Source of the DNA: Octopus bimaculoides
Lineage: Eukaryota
Direction of reading: 5' to 3'
NCBI RefSeq assembly: GCF_001194135.2
Contig: NC_069000.1
Location: forward strand, 7,550,885 to 7,614,884
DNA: 64,000 nt
The first letter of the stretch is position 1; every line of letters starts with the position of its first letter. Positions 61,001 through 64,000 of the stretch are shown piece by piece. The notes under the pieces are model-generated. The model saw only the letters and a program-made list of their open reading frames with translations. It was not told where the DNA came from and made no database searches. The position numbers and the translations under genes were made by a program.

Positions 61001-62239
61001 GTGTCAAATAGGGAACCCATAAACCTTTGCAATAATTGCTTTGTAAAATAATGTTCAATGTTGATAGTGTACAGTAACTGTTATTTGACAGGTATAAAAT
61101 TGTGTTCATTTCTGGAGCATTCAACCGTGTCACCAGTAAACTGATCATCAAAGGAGTACAAAGTGTTGATTACGGAAATTATGTGTGTAAAGCAACTAAT
61201 ACTAAAGGTTCTAATGAAAGACAGATTTCTCTTGAAAGTAAGTCATTTAACATTGCACTTTTCTCTACTACTCACTCCACTCTTTAACATCTTGGCCACA
61301 ATTTTTGGTCATACTCACTCCAGTGCAGTTTCCCTATTAATATTCCAACTGTGTTAACTATTGACATGCATGCATGCATACGTACATACATATAGGTGCA
61401 GGTGTAGCTGTGTGGTAAGAAGCTTGCTTCCCAACCACATGGTTCCAGGTTCAGTCCCACTGTGTGGAACCTTGAACAAGTGTCTTATTCTATAGCCCTT
61501 GGCTGACCAAAGCCTTGCAAGTGGATTTGGTTGATGGAAACTAAAAGAAACCCAGTGTGTGTAATATGTACGTATGTTTGTTCCCCCATCACTGCTTGAC
61601 AACTGGTAACTCAGTGGTTCAGCCAAAAAGACTGATAGAATAAGCACTGGGCTTAAAGAATAAGTCCTGGGGTTGATTTCAACTAAAACCCTTCAAGGCA
61701 GTGCTCCAGCATGGCTGTAGTCTAATGACTGAAACAAGTAAAAAAAAAAATACTTTCATAATTTCTGGTTGGCTTGGATGAATTGTCACAGCTCAAGTGA
61801 GTTCTTATTCACAGTTGCTGTTATCTTGAGACAAGTCAGTTTTAGTTCACTTAATATCTTCATATTTTTTACATCAGTTGATATATTCGCATAATGTGCT
61901 CATGTATGTTTGTTTCCGTTCATATAATGCATTCACATATTTTAACTGGGAATATTAGCATTCAAACATTTTACCCAAAACAATCTGTCCATTTAGTTTC
62001 TTTCAGATAAGGATTCCATTAAAATGAAATAGTTAACATGTTCACATATTTTAGTTAACATGTTCACATATTTTAGCTCTATTGAGATGTTCACTTAATC
62101 TGTTCATTTTTCTCTTCCAGAATCCAGCGAACCTATAAGAGACCGTACTGGTTCCTTGACATCATCAGCATCGTCTCTTGGCACTTCCAGTTTCTTTCTT
62201 TTCTCTTATTTTATTCAGCGTCACCTAATGAACCGTTGA
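52149..62239 (+). CDS. Lachesin/IgLON/DIP-like cell-adhesion protein: signal peptide, three Ig domains and a GPI-signal-like tail, 366 aa
   Basis: Exons 52149-52209 (MENLRRLTYILLLYSFTLSP), 55050-55180, 56102-56318 (VKWSR...DKGQYVCKV), 57119-57279 (LSCNAQGMPPPKVIWSR), 58707-58818 (DRGKYICQAVNEAG), 60187-60340 (ELVCFIEAFP...ITW), 61092-61237 (DYGNYVCKATNTKG), 62121-62239. Total 1101 nt, phases consistent. Confidence 0.9.
54190..54360 (-). mobile_element. RTE-clade LINE fragment
   Basis: Minus strand VKFRELLSLFVTKGLSLREKGRLYDTCV. Confidence 0.6.
56830..57030 (+). mobile_element. RTE-clade LINE RT fragment
   Basis: EMQFGFMPGRSATN...FFDLEKTFDKIP, resembling QFGF...DLEKAFD. Confidence 0.6.
57428..57740 (-). 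mobile_element. SINE family C (minus)
   Basis: Reverse complement of family C. Confidence 0.75.
58243..58490 (+). mobile_element. SINE family C, 3' truncated
   Basis: Family C head and body. Confidence 0.7.
58860..59235 (-). mobile_element. Decayed Penelope-like RT fragment
   Basis: Degenerate ...SLIPKAFALTYLL... and LTLITHNF...MG segments resembling PLE RT motifs; heavily mutated. Confidence 0.35.
59297..59690 (+). mobile_element. SINE family B, full length
   Basis: GGCGCAGGAGTGACTGTGTGGTAAG A box, GGTTCAGTCCC B box, central CA/TA linker, GAAACAAGT tail. Confidence 0.82.
61394..61745 (+). mobile_element. SINE family B
   Basis: Homologous to the 59297 and 62553 copies. Confidence 0.8.
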
Positions 62240-62552
62240 TTGTTATTTTTATACCCTCGACCTTTCCCACTCCACATGTATATATAGCCCCTTCCTCTAA
62301 GTGATGGCTCTGGCCTATTAAAATGTTCCTAAAGTGTTCTTATATATACCCTGAAGTAGTATTAGAATCAGTTAAACTGTGAGTCATCCTTGCTAACTCA
62401 TAACTCCCCTACAAGCTAAAATTCAAATACTTATGAATTATTTTGATACCTATTTTACTCAAATATATTTTCCTAGCCATTCGATGTTTCGAAAAAAAAG
62501 TTATTCTTATAATTAAATATTATTGGGAATTGTATAAAAAAATTTGTAATAT

Positions 62553-62930
62553 AGGCACAGTAAGTAGCTTGCTTACCAACCACATGGTTCCAGGTTCATT
62601 CCCACTGCATGGCACCGTGGGCAAGTGTCTTCTACTATAGCCTCGGGCCGACCAAAGCCTTGTGAGTGGATTTGGTAGACGGAAACTGAAAGAAGCCTGT
62701 CGTATATATGTATATATATATATATATGTGTGTCTGTTTTTCCCCCCCAACATCGCTTGACGACCGATGGTGGTGTGTTTACGTCCCCTTAACTTAGCGG
62801 TTCGGCAAAAAGAGACCGATAGAATAAGTACTAGGCATCCAAAGAATAAGTCCTGGGGTCGGTTTGTTCGACACAAAAGGCGGTGCTCCAGCATGGCCAC
62901 AGTCAAATGACTGAAACAAGTAAAAGAGAA
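62553..62930 (+). mobile_element. SINE family B, near full length
   Basis: Homologous to the 59297 copy. Confidence 0.82.
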
Positions 62931-64000
62931 TATTTTGTAAATTGTAGAAGTATGACCAAGTTATTGCAGATAAATTTCAACAGCAAAATCCCTCATGCAC
63001 CCACAAGGGCCATATTGACCCTAGTTGGGAACCATAGGTTTAAATGAACGTCAGCCAAGCAGTGGAATCATTTCAGTTGACTGAATTATGAATGCTACTA
63101 CATTGCTGAAGACAATAAAGAACAAATCTATTTTTGTCTTCTGGGAAATAAGTGTCATCAACAAAGTAGCCAGGTATGACAATGTTCCCTTCTGAGATTA
63201 ATCATAAAATAGCTGTACTTGTTGAAAACCCCATATCTTCAGTTTTGATCAGGTACGTGCCATCTAGGTAGGCAGCTTGGATAAAATAGATTGATAACAT
63301 TCTCCTTCATGGCAAAATATACACCTAACTCAATAATTCAATAAACACAGACGCATTCACATATAAAACTATAAAGTAGATAAACCGTTGCATTAATAAG
63401 ATAGAATAATCATCCAATAACTATATAACAAAGTACATTAAATGATTTTACTATTGTTTATGAAACTTCTGTTTCTCTATTTGCAATTTTTATATTTTTC
63501 TAAAAACTCTGAACATTTATATAATAAAATTTTTTTTAATTTTAAATGTCTCGCATTAAATATTGTCAGTATGACTTATAGAAGGGGTAAAGACTCCGTT
63601 TGATCATGAATGCCATGGGATTGCACCTAGAAAGGTTAATGGAAGACCAGCAGTTGCTTATGCATAATGACTCTCATCCCCATGCCACCGATGTTATCCA
63701 AAGCAAAGGCCGATACAGTTTGCAGAAATGAGTTGCTACATCACTAATACCAGAGAAGTGAACTGGAGTGGTTCGGCAATGAAGATCGATAAAATGCCCC
63801 CCCCCCCGAACTTAGCGGTTTGGCAATGGATATCAATAAAATTCATCCCCCCACGTAACTTAGCTGTATGTATGTATGTATATATATATATAGCACTATA
63901 TATACCCATAAAAAAAAAAATATATATATGTATAGCACTACATATACGCATAAAAAAAAAAAATATGTATATATAAAAAAAATATATATATATATATATA

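Overview
Eukaryotic, intron-rich, microsatellite-dense genomic DNA with several assembly gaps. The tRNA-derived SINE families and repeat landscape suggest a coleoid cephalopod, most likely Octopus (inference). Four spliced genes could be reconstructed by hand with canonical, phase-consistent GT-AG junctions: (1) the 5' part of a gamma-glutamyltranspeptidase-like gene (minus, 1293-5368, runs off the window); (2) complete MRPL39 (minus, 9743-19098, 10 exons, 347 aa); (3) a complete secreted animal-heme-peroxidase-fold gene with a C-terminal thrombospondin type-1 repeat (plus, 26592-43760, 14 exons, 778 aa); (4) a complete lachesin/IgLON-like 3-Ig gene (plus, 52149-62239, 8 exons, 366 aa). The rest is SINEs, Tc1/mariner and piggyBac-type MITEs, RTE, Dong/R4, CRE and Penelope-like fragments, a putative solo LTR and simple repeats. 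Best leads: the intact peroxidase has lost both the distal and the proximal heme histidines ([16 protein letters not shown]) but keeps the Ca-site and gains a His at the MPO Asn421 position, so it is a candidate pseudoenzyme or ligand-swapped heme protein fused to a TSR; a tRNA-headed SINE at 199-588 carries a Penelope-type minimal hammerhead ribozyme tail plus an inverted tail copy; the GGT-like protein lacks the substrate-binding Arg-Glu motif; and a duplicated E-box/M-box-rich block lies in peroxidase intron 1. Most listed six-frame ORFs are microsatellite or N-gap artefacts.
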